Positions 1 to 11,965 are shown, counted from the first letter of the whole stretch. The stretch: DNA of 58,169 nucleotides, filler included, from Catajapyx aquilonaris (GCA_000934665.2; 4 parts of 4 records of this genome joined end to end with filler, not necessarily neighbours in it), one strand, 5' to 3'. Made by a program: numbers and translations. Notes: a model not told the origin generated them from the letters alone.

Positions 1-50
1 TGGAGATAAGTACCGTACAGTTCGTATTTTCGGAGCTACAGCGACTTGAA

Positions 51-536
51 AAAGACTTTTCACTCGCTGAAGGGTGGCCAATCCGCAATTACGGGCCCCC
101 GGGGCCAAAACGGGAGTGGCGCCATATCAGCATTTGAAGAGTATGGTCTCAAGGACATTCGTACCAAATTTCATGCTTTTATCACCAAGTGCACTGATGA
201 CCCTTATTGTTTCGTCCCTTAACTCCATGACAATATATGTGTCGCGGTAGCTTCGAAAATATGGACTGTACGTGGAAAAGGTACTGTAAACTTTTTGTAG
301 CATACATGTTTCTCTACAACTTTCGTTTGGAACATATCAGCCCGAGAAGTATAGTTCGCTCATAAAAAGACTTTTCACTCGCTGCAGGGTAGCCAACCCG
401 CAAAGACGGGGCCTCCTGGTAGAAAACGGGCGTGGCACCATATCTGGATTTGAAGAGTAGGGTCGAAAGGACATTTGTACCAAATTTCATACTTTCATCA
501 CCAAACGCACGGTTTGCCCTTTTTTTCGTACCTTAA
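51..536. repeat. Two diverged tandem copies (~314-bp period) of an internal unit of an unclassified non-autonomous element
   Basis: aaaagacttttcactcgctg..agggt(g/a)gccaa at ~51 and ~365; gtaccaaatttcat(g/a)ctttt/catcaccaa at ~161 and ~477; the second copy is cut at a TTAA. Confidence 0.7.
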
Positions 537-699
537 CCCTTTAATTGGCAATGTACCTCCTGGGGCACATAGCGAAAACCAGGGAAGGCGACAATTAAAA
601 AAAAAGAGCGATTGCAGCATATCATACGAATTATTTTAGTAGAGAAATACAACTGACATAATTTTACTAATGTCCTTTCTATGTTTGCCAATTAAAGGG
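537..699. mobile_element. piggyBac-like MITE
   Basis: 15-bp TIR ccctttaattggcaa / ttgccaattaaaggg flanked by TTAA (533-536, 700-703). Confidence 0.85.
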
Positions 700-1070
700 T
701 TAATATTGAAGTTCCTAATTGCATAAAACACTAATATGGAGTGGCTCATGGAAAATTAATGGGTGTAATTCTCGTCGTACTACTATTACTATTACTATAG
801 GTCTGTAGTTACTGCTAACCTAGCAGTATACCATTGCACTGCACTGGTACTGCTAAGTTAGAAGTAGCTAGTAGTACGACAGAAATTCCACAAATTTGTT
901 TTCAGAAAGGAGATTTCATGAGTAGTAAATTGGTAACTGCTTGAGTAAGACCTATGGTACAGCTTAAATCAATTGGTGAAGGTCTTACGTGCGCCAGTCT
1001 TGTTTCAGTACCTTCATTCCGCCGCGGAGGTCTTACTTCTCTTTTTTTACTGAAGGGAAAGTTTTTGATC
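700..1070. mobile_element. Right half of the TA-flanked long-TIR MITE found complete at 9924-10724
   Basis: Near-identical to ~10353-10724, ends ...gtttttgatc|TA. Confidence 0.85.
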
Positions 1071-1081
1071 TATTTCTAAAG

Positions 1082-1570
1082 GAATGACATTGCAGACTCT
1101 GCAACATCATGTGTACGTTACTAGCCAAATGCTATCACGATATTTTCATGACCTCACCTGCGCTTACATTCCCAAGATAAATAATGTTATTTGAAAAGAA
1201 CCAAAAAGGTGCTTTGTGTAGAGCTACGCCCTTAATCATCCTCATCATCATATTCATCACGGCTTTTCTCAAAAAAACTGGGGTGCCAGCGGATAACGAG
1301 GAGGTCCTCGCTATCCTCATACATGACCAATTATTTCAAAAAATCTGGAGACTGGTCAGGTACTCGCAGAAATGGGGAGATACAAAAGAATGCCGACTGT
1401 TCGGGCTAGTTGAGATGTTGACATCGGCATAATCCCGCCGATGTCTACGCCCTTATTCAAAGAACAAAAACTAAATCGAATTGGATAAATAAAATCGAAC
1501 AGCTTTGTGTATCGTCTGGAACATCGTGGGACCACTGGGATCCTTCACATATACTGTAGCTGCGAGTGCA
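1082..1570 (+). pseudogene. Decayed coding relic, candidate EVE of a negative-strand RNA virus L protein (N-terminal block)
   Basis: Frames give ATSCVRY..., YLKRTKK... and LIIIFITAFLKKTGVP, resembling the L pattern F..FI..F.KKHG..P; stops and frameshifts present. Confidence 0.45.
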
Positions 1571-2263
1571 CTTTTGGTAAAATTTATTGACAACTAGCAG
1601 CGGTACCCGTTCTTCGCACGGGGAAAAAAAGAGCGTGGATAATTACACCGAAATCTTCTTAGATCTCAAGCAATATTAAATGCAAAACTGCTCATTCCCT
1701 TGCATCTGTACTAGGCACTGGAAGGGTGTAAAAATTCTGGTTTGTTTGCGTAATAAAGAGCCACGCAACTATGGCTATGTGGTTATCAGAATACAAAAAG
1801 GTGGGACAGATGGAGAGAGAAACAAAGAGGAAAAATAAGAGAGGAAAGACTGGTATCTCTCTTAGTCTGTCTCCTATCCCAAAGACCTGTCCAACTTGGG
1901 CGGCCCTACCAGTAAACGAAACTACCGCCGGCATAGCTCTTCAGGATCATGGGAAAACGAAAGCCCACCACTACGGCAAGGTGGAGATACATTGGGGGGA
2001 GGGGACATAAAAAAATTTGGATAAAAAATTGGGGGAAGTGAAAATTTTGAAACCATTTACAGGCCTGTTTCTATGGTAATCACCAACAAAATTCTGTTGC
2101 CACAGGCAAACAAATGTTATTTTTTGCCTTACATACGTAGATTATCAAAATATGTTATTAATTAATTAATTTATAGCAGCAAACCCGTGTGTAGTGTCTG
2201 GTACATAATTATGTTGAACTTGGTGTCAGTCAACCTACACAGAAGTGATTGATAGTGGAGGGA

Positions 2264-2739
2264 TAATTGGACAGTGTTATGCAATAATGGGTCAACCCAC
2301 AAAAAATGTCAAAATTGAGCCAAGCCCAGGAACATACACCTAAAGCAGAGGTTCTTAACCTTTTCGGGCCTCCGCACCCCTTTGTAGACAATATATTGGT
2401 CCTTGTCGCACCCCCTTTACCAAGGGTGATTGATTACGTTCATAGTTAGACCAGTTATTAGCTCTTGCTTAGATTTAGTCCAGAGGTGCACCTTGCTCGC
2501 ACCCCCAGGTAAACCACCTCGCACCCCCTGGAGGTGCGGGAACCCCAGGCTAAGAACCACTGACCTAAAGGATCCTACTTAATTCAGTTAAAATAACGCT
2601 GGTGAAATGTGCATATACTTCTGCCATAAATGACCGAAAAGAACACTGAATTAATTTCACAGGTATGACCTTCAAAGCCCTTTTTCTCAAAACTGGTCTC
2701 GCGTTGGTTGACGCATTATTGCATAACACCGTCCAATTA
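2264..2739. mobile_element. TIR MITE hosting a hAT MITE
   Basis: ~33-bp TIR taattggac(a/g)gtgttatgcaataatg(g/c)gtcaacc and its reverse complement at ~2706-2739. Confidence 0.75.
2346..2562. mobile_element. hAT (Charlie-like) MITE
   Basis: TIR cagaggttctta / taagaaccactg; perfect 8-bp TSD acctaaag; deleted relative at ~19047-19167. Confidence 0.9.
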
Positions 2740-3206
2740 TCAAAATAATACAGTAGGTACCCGTTTTACACCCCTCCATTTTAAGCCGTTCTACATTAAC
2801 GCCGGTTTGAAAATGACATCATTAAATTTTAAATTGAAAAATTGGGATAACGTGGAAATTATGATAGCTTGCCGGTTGTGAAGTGGCCAAGAAAGATTTC
2901 CCATGCGGGAAGTACCCGTTTCACGCCGTTTCGCATTAACCCCGGTTTTAAAATTACATTTGAAAATTTTGTATCAGATTTTTTTTTTAAATATTTAATG
3001 ATAACACAATCTGAACATGAAGGCATGACTCCAACACTTCTGAGACCAAACACACGAACGTATACCTGCTCTTCTTTCCTCTGTGTTTCCTGATGCCTTG
3101 TGGCAGGTCTATCGATATGCACTGTACAGTACTGTATTGTTCGGTATTGTTGATCTCGGCACTCCCGAAGTACTCCAACCGTTAATTGTTACAATACCCT
3201 ACGTGT

Positions 3207-3357
3207 CAAGGGGGTAATCACTCGACTGAAAAGTGTACATCACTGGAGTACCAAATTCAAGGAGTACCACGGAGTAATAAAGAGTGAGGTGCCTGAGGAG
3301 TACCAGGGAGTACCACTCCCAGGTGTACACCGGAGTACCGAAGTGATTACCCCCTTG
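3207..3357. mobile_element. CAAGG-terminated MITE with 8-bp TSD (P-superfamily-like), copy 1
   Basis: 16-bp TIR caagggggtaatcact; TSD ctacgtgt; internal ggagtacc repeats. Confidence 0.85.
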
Positions 3358-3711
3358 CTACGTGTACTGCAATCATTATTCTTGCCAACCTGCCCGTTGT
3401 TCTATTGTTTTCATTGTTGAATAGGCAATGTTGATTATTGTAGAACATGAGTGAGAGAGGCAGATCCATCCTTTGGGCTTGTTGACAGCCAGGGTTGCTA
3501 GGCAATTGCTTAATCTGCTGAAAACCCCCCTTAGACTCAAAAAAGTTCGGGTTTGGGACTTTTCTCGGGGTCAGTGATATGTAAGACATGGCTCTGCGAA
3601 ATTTGAGCGCTCTCCGTGCCCGGGAAGTGGCTTAATTAGGCGTGACATACATTAATACATACATAATTACGTACAAATATTGAGCTTTATATATATGGGG
3701 ATTCAATTCAG

Positions 3712-4693
3712 AAAGACTAACTTACATGTTCCTTGAAAATACTATGAATGCGTTTGGAACAATTTTCCTCAGCTCTAGAAGTTCCTAAATTAATTTCCAA
3801 AAAGATCGCTGTGAAAAAAACATGAAATTCGAGAACTGCCGGCCAACTGTTAGGCTGATTTAATTATGAATGACGTTAAAATATACTGAATATAACCTTG
3901 AGAACCTTGCCAGACGAAGTGGCTGAAATCGTCGTACTTCGCGAGAAATAAATAAATTTGGGAGATTTCCGAAGTCACAGGAAAGCCGCAGATAAGAAAT
4001 ATTTATTTCACGCAAAGTACGACGATTTCAGCAAATTAGTCTGGCACTATTCTCAATATTGTTATTTCGTAAGGGAGACGGAGTGGCTCCGCGGTAACGC
4101 GTGCGCTCACGGAAGTTAAGGTCCCGGGTTCAATCCCCACCCGGGGTTCCCACCTTCTTTCGTGCAGAGTTGGGCCATCTCTGGCTTCGTTTCGGGTGGC
4201 AATTTCCGATAGACTAAGCCACCCGGGGGAGTTCACAAAATGACCAATTAACGACAGCGCACATGCACTTTGCACATCCCCTCCTAATTACCCTTGGAGC
4301 AATTAAGATATAAGTATATGTATCGCTCCAAACCAGAAATGGTGGTAACCCGCCCCCCTAGAAATGGCCTATCGGCCAGATAACGGGGTACAGGAGAAGA
4401 AAAAAAAGAAAGAAAAAAGAATATTGTTATTTCGTGCATTTTAACGTGTTTCATAATTAAATCAGCCAAGTAGTTGCCCGGAAGTACTCGAATTTCGAGT
4501 TTTACTGCGATATTTTTGGAAATTAATTTAGAGACTTCTGGATGAGGAAAATTGTTCCAGACACATTAATAGTGTTTTCCCTGATCGGGTAAGTATAGCT
4601 ATTATTTTGTTTAAAATATCTTGTACGTGTCTTCAAAGTACTAGTAAGTGGAAAACTATAGGCGATGGCGGGTATATCTGAGGCAGAAGGGGT
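3712..4693. mobile_element. Diverged fold-back element ending AGGGG|TTAA (piggyBac-like), interrupted by a SINE; second partial copy at ~26400-26829
   Basis: 3720-3960 is the diverged reverse complement of 3998-4070 + 4436-4595; both copies end gaaggggttaa. Confidence 0.65.
4071..4419 (+). mobile_element. tRNA-derived SINE
   Basis: A box tggctccgcggt, B box ggttcaatcc, A-rich tail, 16-bp TSD aatattgttatttcgt (4055-4070, 4420-4435). Confidence 0.9.
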
Positions 4694-4785
4694 TAATATG
4701 AATACAATTATAAGGTCATAAAATGGTAATTATTTGAATCATTTGCCAAACAACAATATGATGTTTTATTTTACTGCATTTATAC

Positions 4786-5169
4786 CAGGATGTTTGTTAC
4801 TAGTCCAGCCAACGGCCGTCGGCATATGACTTGAGCCAAAATAAGTCGAAAATGTAGGGGGGAGAAATGTAGAGGGAGCAACCGTTAAAATGACCTTGAC
4901 CAGAAACATTGGCCAATGGTTGCCGAAGGAGCAGGATATGAGCGTGACTGTGACTGTGACTGTGAAGGTCACCTCTTTCACAGAAGTGACTATCACTGCT
5001 CATATCCTGCAACTTCGGCAACCACCGGCCAATGTTTCTGGTCGTCTACCCCGCTAACGGATGATCCCTCAACATTTCTCCCCGCCCCCCACCCCCCTAC
5101 ATTTTCGACTTGTTTTGGCCCAAGGAATACGCTGACGGCTGTTGGCTGGACTAGTTAGAAACACCTGAT
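4786..5169. mobile_element. Palindromic MITE (mariner-like ends)
   Basis: actagtccagccaac.gccgtc at ~4799 is mirrored by gacggctgttggctggactagt at ~5134; the arms extend inward ~130 bp. Confidence 0.75.
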
Positions 5170-5449
5170 ACACATTGCGTAGTGGGAAACCAGAACCTGC
5201 CACAACGAGTTCTTTCCGCTTGCTGAACACGAAATTCGCTTAATGGTATTTGAGTGAGTCCAAAACGCCTCCTTGCTCTGTCTAAAAGCACCACACCTAG
5301 TTTTGGTTGGTTTGAAACGTCCACACCTAGTTCTGGATGGTTTGAAAACGACTAGACCTAGGTGTGGTCGTTTTTTTTTTGCTCAGTGAGCGTTTTCGGG
5401 GTTTGAGCCTAACATGTACGAGTATTTTACTGTACATGTAGGCTAGGCT

Positions 5450-5521
5450 AGCTTTGCTCAGTGGCGATATCGTACCCAATGAGGTCCAACCGAGGGGCGA
5501 TTATTGCTAGTTGAAAACTTT
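5450..5521 (+). pseudogene. U4: 3'-truncated U4 snRNA retropseudogene
   Basis: agctttgctcagtggcgatatcgtacccaatgaggtccaaccgaggggcgattattgctagttgaaaacttt matches the first ~72 nt of metazoan U4; flanking repeat tgtaca(t/g)gtaggcta (5431-5445, 5521-5535); no Sm site or 3' domain. Confidence 0.9.
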
Positions 5522-5569
5522 GTACAGGTAGGCTACACCTTTCCACAGCAAACCTAACGGTGGGGGAAC

Positions 5570-6435
5570 AGTTGCAGAATGGCATGCAAGCCGTTCCTAT
5601 TTGGATCAAGCATTGTAACGCACACCCGGAAGATGTGAAGTCAAATACTTGTCATTTTTCAAATGAGAACTGGCGGATCAATTTCAAGCCTCAGGTAGCA
5701 CCATTATTTTCATTGGCCCTTATGTTATAAGGACTCAGCTGGAGACACCAAATGGACAACGCCCTCAAAGAAGGTTGTCGTACCTCATTTTCCATGCTTC
5801 TGGCTGTTCTTTTGTGTATCGGGCCATATTTGGTTGCTTCCATCCTCAGCATGGCCAATCCAGATTGATTGTGGCACGCTTACCCACCAAAAATAACCGA
5901 TTCCTGTAGCCTATTATTCAGGAGGCCTGCTGTTATCTGAAATTGAATTTTTAGTAGATCGCAGCTCTTGTACAGTCGTTGGCCATTTTCTCTCTTTTCA
6001 TGGCCAATTGAGTCCAGGAAGCGCCATCCTCATAAAGTCATAGTCTCAACAAAGAAATAACTTTGAAATATTTTCTCGCAACACTGCTGAAACAATGAAA
6101 TAATTCCTCTGTGCACTGAATTGATTTGTTACAGTACAATGGCTCCGAAAACACAGCTACGTGCCTAATGAAGTACCTTTACACACGGATAAAAATTAGT
6201 GCATGTCTGGAGACAATGATCCAGGTGGAAATGAAGTGCATCTTAGTGTTAGGTAATGCCATTCTGAGCGTAGACCGACTGTCAATTTTATTTGTAAGGT
6301 TATTGCACAATATTATTGTGGTAAAGGTTTTGTTCAGCATGGCTAATTATATAATCAATAGTCAGTGGTGGGTTGACTCTCGGAACATGCACCTGAAGAT
6401 GAATGAGAGCTGAAATGATGCTGGAATATATTCTC
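5570..6435 (+). pseudogene. Decayed coding relic, candidate EVE of a negative-strand RNA virus L protein
   Basis: Long semi-open frame leading to ENTATCLMKYLYTRIKISACLETMIQVEMKC...LSILFVRLLHNIIVV(K/frameshift)GFVQHG, comparable to L block I and to the relics at 16.6-23.2 kb. Confidence 0.5.
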
Positions 6436-7244
6436 TGCCAGCTTGATTTTCATCATAAGCCTCTCTCCTCTCCTTTCCCCCGCCCCTTACCCTCCCAGCT
6501 CTGCATATTTTTTATGCCGAGACTTGTTGTCAAGGGTGACTGACTCCCTAGTCGATTGTCGTGTTCCCGTCAAGAAGTGAAGTGGTCTCCACCCATGACG
6601 GATGCATGAAGACACCCTCCCTAACAAAGCTTTTCTTCCTGGCCTCTGGAAGGAAGATCGTGGATGCTGCTACACCACTACCACCCCACCATCACATCTC
6701 GCCATCCTCTTATCTCCCCTTTCAGCCTCTCTCTACCTCTCCATCACCACTGTCACTACTCTCTCTCTCTCTCTCTCTCTCTTCCCCCTCCCCATCGTCT
6801 TTGCTTGATGATGGAGCTAGAGAGGATTGAAGGCCAGATAATAAGAATCATAAGGATTTATAATCATTTCCTGTAGCCACCATTACCTGTACGGTAAGTG
6901 GCGTAGCGTCGGGGGGGGGGGNGGAGAGGGGCGATCGCCCCGGGCGCAAAATTCTGAGGGGCGCAAAATTTTGTATTTAAAAAAATCTTACATTTTTTAG
7001 ATGCGAAATTTTGCGCCCCTCAGAATTTTCGACGATTTTCATGACGATATACAGTAAAACTTCTATAAGTCGAATCTCCATGGGACCGGGAAAAGACCTC
7101 GAGTTATAGAAGATTCGAGTTAGAGAAGTTTCGATTTTTTTAAAAGCACAGAACTCTATAAGGAAGCCTACCTTTATAACCAGCGACGAAAGATGTCCAA
7201 AACTTAAAAATAACTGTCACTATCACACTTCTTACAATGTTCCT

Positions 7245-7401
7245 CAAGGGGGTACTCACTTCGGTACTCCGGTGTACACCTGCAGTGGTACTCTTCGGTA
7301 CTCTTTCGGTACTCTTCGGTACTCCTTAGGTACTAATTGATATTCCTTGGTACTCCGTGGTACTCCGGTGTACACTTTACAGTCGAGTGAGTATCCCCTC
7401 G
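7245..7401. mobile_element. CAAGG-terminated MITE, copy 2 (inverted relative to copy 1)
   Basis: TSD atgttcct (7237-7244, 7402-7409); homologous to 3207-3357. Confidence 0.85.
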
Positions 7402-7712
7402 ATGTTCCTCATTGTTTTGGTGTAAAAAAATCTCCGTAATGGACATTAGCCTACTCTTAGATTCAAGGATTCAATTGTCACAATCGAGTCAAACACTTCT
7501 TTCGGTACGTCTGGTAGACGGAGATGAGGAAATTGAGCCTTTCTGTACATGTGGCCTACCCTCGACCCTTCGGCTGGGAAATGAGACAATTTTCCGTACT
7601 CGCCAACATGAACTTGGACTTAGGGAGACTGAAAATGCATTGATATCCCATGGTAAGGCCCTGCCTGCACTTCGAGTTTTGGATAACTTCGAGTTAGGGA
7701 AGTTTATTTCCC

Positions 7713-8010
7713 ACTAGCAGGTTACCCGGCGTTGCCCGGGTATGTTATGGTGGTAGGCCTACAATGTAATGAGGGCATTACCATGGAAATCTATGAATAT
7801 TGTTAAATAGGTAATTGATAATTGGTTAATTGGGAATATGCGTGTTATGGGTGTTAGGTTCATTTTCGGAAGCTGAAACATGCGGCATTAAATTCCTTGA
7901 AAAATGTTACCCCCGATATGCTAATTTAAGGCGGTGTAGGGGCCTTCCCCCGGATTTCTATAAGGGACAAACTTCCAAACTGACAAACTTCCTTATTTAT
8001 AGAGATAGAT
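7713..8010 (+). mobile_element. Short non-autonomous Helitron/Helentron-type element
   Basis: actagcaggtt-acccggcgttgcccgggt hairpin at the start; ends acaaacttcc x2 + ttatttatagagatagat. Confidence 0.65.
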
Positions 8011-8107
8011 AAATTTACATTGTGACCAACCAAGCTCATCATTTTATTCGACTTATAGAGAACTTCGACTTAGGGATGTTCGACTTATGGAAGTTTTACT
8101 GTATTAT

Positions 8108-8220
8108 CCTCCTGAGACCCCTGGTACAGTATACTGTACCTTTGTTTTTTCCAGCACCTTCTGACTAACTCAAACGCGTAAAAAAAAGTGATTGGAAGGT
8201 GTACTAGGGGTCACAGGAGG
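8108..8220. mobile_element. piggyBac-like MITE with TTAT TSD, copy 1
   Basis: TIR cctcctgagacccct.gtaca; TTAT on both sides. Confidence 0.85.
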
Positions 8221-8879
8221 TTATACATCGTAATGAAAATCGAGCGCCATCCTCGGCGCCATCCTACTCAGACAGTTCTTACTCCAGTTGCAAGTGGGAA
8301 TGTGAATGGAAATATACAGTTCACATATTAGGCGACTGGGGGGGGGCACCCCGTCCCCCACCTCTTGGATTGACGAAGTGAAAAAATTAGTAATAATGAT
8401 AAAGTTTGAGACAAAACGTAAGCAAAAATTAGAACTATGGAGTCAGAGGCCAAAAAAGTGATGCATTCTTGTGTGATTTTCCATCCGACCAGGGGCCGCC
8501 CCGGGGCCTATGCAGGTCAGTGTCTCTTCGGATTGCCGATTGCCACGAGGACTACTGAAGTCGGTTCGATGTCGGTTTTTCAATTTTCGATATATCGACT
8601 TCGATTCGATATTTTTTGAGTATCGAAAGTCGATATGCAATTTCGGATATCGCACAGCCCTATTCTGGACCCAACGAAATGTCAGGACGCAAATTTCGTG
8701 GCGTGATGGCTGTTTAGAAAACTCCCATGACATAATATTATTGTGGCAGTTTCTTGTTTCCCACTACGCCAAGTATTTAAGGGGCGATAGCCCCTTAGTA
8801 AGACCGTAGCATAGCTTTCAACAATGAAATTCTTCAACATCTTCTTCTTGTTGTTGTTACGCTTTTTTTATTCGCCCTA

Positions 8880-9295
8880 ACTCAGGTTCTGCTGCAGGTA
8901 GAGCTTCCAAATTTTGAACACAGATCCCCACCATCGTGACGTGCATTCCTACCATTTACGGCTAAACTCAATTCCTCTTCAAAACGCCGCAAAAAATTTA
9001 AAACCACCACAAAATACGTCTCAATTTTCTTGCTCAATAACTATTCGGAATACGGTTTCATCGTCAAGGGGCCAAAGGTGCAGTGGGATGGTGCGGATCT
9101 ATGTTCAAAATCTCACAGTTCCACCTGCTGCAGGATTGGAGCTGTGATTTCTTACCTCGTATTTTTTCTGTCATTAATTCATTAGTTCATAATGCCATCA
9201 CCTAGAAACGTCAATACTTATTTACCACCTCGCCATATTGTTATTAGCCAAATGTTACCCTGCCGCTGGTGTGAACGCATTGCACTTATTACAGA
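8880..9295 (+). pseudogene. Decayed coding relic homologous to 19290-19933 (candidate viral L fragment)
   Basis: LLNNYSEYGFIV at ~9032-9067 vs FLNNYSEFGFFV on the - strand at ~19588-19625; DNA match ctcaataactattcggaat. Confidence 0.45.
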
Positions 9296-9299
9296 TTTG

Positions 9300-9727
9300 C
9301 AGTTGAATCCGGATATAACAGCCTCGGCTATAACAGACTTGGTTATAGAGGCTGTCCTCCATTAGGCACTGTGTATTTTCACTCCTGGTATAACAGACTC
9401 ATTTTCACCTCACCTTGGGTATAACAGACAATTTCTTGGACCCTCAGTGGGAAAATACAGTATTGTTTTCCAGGTATAAAATTTGCAAAAAGGAGACGGC
9501 AGAAGGAAATTTCGGATAATTTGGTCCTGCATAATTTTCGGGTGAGCCAATATTGCATTTGTGACAGATTTCATTAATCAGCATGTAGTCTAGTATAGTG
9601 CATAGTACAGCCATATTGAAATCAGAAATTTATGTTGTCGTTGCGTGACGATTCGGCTATAACAGACCTCGGTTATAACATACTTTTTCCGCAGTCTCTT
9701 GAAGTTAGTTTTATCCGGATTCAACTG
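9300..9727. mobile_element. pogo/Tigger-like MITE; relatives at ~31543-32008 and ~40150-40463
   Basis: cagttgaatccggata ... tatccggattcaactg|TA; repeated tataacagac motif. Confidence 0.8.
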
Positions 9728-9923
9728 TACTATTAAGCCAGACTAATTCAATCAGACTAACCGTTGGCTGGTAGCACTCGACTTTCGTTTTTTTTACGAC
9801 TATCTCTGTGAAAATAATTTTAGGGACTTCTCAGCGACGAAAATCGTCTCCAATGCATTAATTGTGCAGACTGTATAGTGTAGAGCATAAGTTACGTGTA
9901 CTGTCAAAAAAGAACTGAAATTA

Positions 9924-10724
9924 GATCAAAAACTTTCCCTTCAGTAAAAAAAAGAGAAGTAAGACCTCCGCGGCGGAATAAAAGTACTGAAACAAGGCAG
10001 GCACACGTAAGACCTTCACCAATTGATTTAAGCTGTACCATAGGTCTTACTCAAGCAATTCTCAGGTACGGTATGGAACGTCTCGTAAAATGACTGCTGC
10101 AAACTACTCAGAGCACTCAGAGCAGTAGGTAGGATTTTATTATGAAAAGAAAAAAAATGGGGGAAAAACTAAACCCATTCTAACAGACTTGGCCCAATCG
10201 GAAAAGACCCTCTAAAATTCTCCAATTAACGTTTACGTATATGTGAAAAATTAAACGTTAGAGTTAAAATCAGCATCTAAAAGGGGTGCGCCGATTCTGC
10301 ATGAATGCTTCATGGCAATAATTCGCACCAATCCCATAGAAATTCAAGGTGCTTAATATTGAAGTTCCTAATATTTCATAAAACGCTAATATGGAGTGGC
10401 TCATGGAAAATTAATGGGTGGAATTTTCGTCGTACTACTATTACTATTAACTATAGGTCTGTAGTTACTGCTAACTTAGCAGTACCATTGCACTACACTG
10501 GTACTGCTAAGTTAGAAGTAACTAGTAGTACGACAGAAATTCCACAAATTTGTTTTCAGAAAGGAGATTTCATGAATAGTAAATTGGTAATTGCTTGAGT
10601 AAGACCTATGGTACAGCTTAAATCAATTGGTGAAGGTCTTACGTGCTCCTGCCTTGTTTCAGTACTTTTATTCCGCCGCGGAGGTCTTACTTCTCTTTTT
10701 TTACTGAAGGGAAAGTTTTTGATC
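9924..10724. mobile_element. Long-TIR MITE with TA TSD
   Basis: ~135-bp near-perfect TIRs starting gatcaaaaactttcccttcagt; TA on both sides. Confidence 0.9.
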
Positions 10725-11601
10725 TAATATTATTATAGATGCTGGAAATAAATGAGGGGTGTGGTGGAAAAACATGATAACCGCCAAAGGTGTAATTTTT
10801 CAGGAGAGCGAATTTAAGTTTGCACTCTTGTCACAAATCAGCATATTACTTTGAACTTGTAACACTTGGTGTTATTACAGTATATTGCCTGACTGTCTGT
10901 CTTGTTGTCCATAACTTTTGGAACACTTATTCCTGTAATTAATAGAGATACAGGGTGTAACAAAAGTTTCCGCCGCTACTCCCGCCGCATGACTCATCAA
11001 TGACTCGTGCATGGCGTAATCGTAGATTTTAAAAATAAAATCAATATCTCACCAACGCGACGTGTTAGCCCCATCCCACATATATCATTCGAACCGCATT
11101 GAAAGGCCGCTTCCGCCAGATCTACTGCGCAGCTCCCATAGTCTAACCCGTGCGTAGCATAACAGCTAGAACTATTTCTATGTGGCTCCTTGGGGATCAG
11201 AAAAAACGTAGCCGTGAAGTTTGCGGGTTCAAAGAAATATTGCTGAGAAACTGATCTAATTGCTAAATTCCCAGAATTTATCTAAGCTTCATACAATCTC
11301 TTTCATTGCTCATAGAACCTTTTCCAATATAGCCGCTGGAAGATGGCGTCATATGAAAAAGTCCGACAAATCACTCGAGCATGTGATTTTTTTGGTGAAT
11401 TCTGCTTTTTTTGCTTGTGAATATGGCGAAAATCGCATTTAGTTTAAGATTTATTGATTCTTTGCAAAGAAATTCTCAAAGTGAGTGTCCGTAAAATAAT
11501 GACGGACACGGCCGCCAGAGGGTTAATATTTTTTAAATTAACATAAGGTGTATATATGAGCGTTTTACATGTATTCAGACATGGAAGGATGCAAGTGTGT
11601 T

Positions 11602-11605
<4 letters not shown>

Positions 11606-11637
<32 letters not shown>

Positions 11638-11965
11638 TGTGGGTAATGCTTTCACCCCCAACCGGGGGTATATCGCATGAACCTTTATTTATTTTTGTTC
11701 AAGTTTCTCAACTCAACTTCGGTGCAAGGAATCAAGGAAATTGGGTAAGGATAGGGATTTTCGGGGAGGGAACATGGGTGCAAGTGCAATGTCGGTAAAG
11801 GGGTCATGTGCTGTTCCCCAGGAGGTTAGGTTGCCAGACACCTCCTTGGTGCAGGTCAGAGACCCTCCTGACGCAGGTGAAAGGAAAGTTCCCCAGGCGG
11901 GGATCGAACCTGGGGCCTTTCACACAGCAAGCCGAGACGTTACCATCTCGGCCACCACACCTCCC
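11606..11965 (-). mobile_element. tRNA-derived SINE (family A) with (ATT)n tail
   Basis: Minus-strand head with A box tggccgagatgg and B box ggttcgatcc; TSD caagtgtgtttata (11592-11605, 11966-11979). Confidence 0.9.

Larger units (their letters stand above)
1593..3700 (+). mobile_element. Non-autonomous Helitron/Helentron-type element carrying nested MITEs
   Basis: Starts ACTAGCAGCGGTACCCG-ttcttcgca-CGGG (CTAG + hairpin); ends with acat repeats and agctttatatatat; internal 1770-2000 recurs inverted at ~35590-35720; boundaries approximate. Confidence 0.5.
7052..8101. mobile_element. pogo/Tigger-like MITE with two nested insertions
   Basis: TA|cagtaaaacttctataagtcgaa ... ttcgacttatggaagttttactg|TA; subterminal ttcga(g/c)tta repeats. 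Confidence 0.85.

Noticed and set aside
8824..9150. Signal-peptide-like start MKFFNIFFLLLL and a vague aegerolysin/actinoporin resemblance
   Set aside because: The frame breaks immediately; the segment is better explained by homology to the 19.6-kb relic
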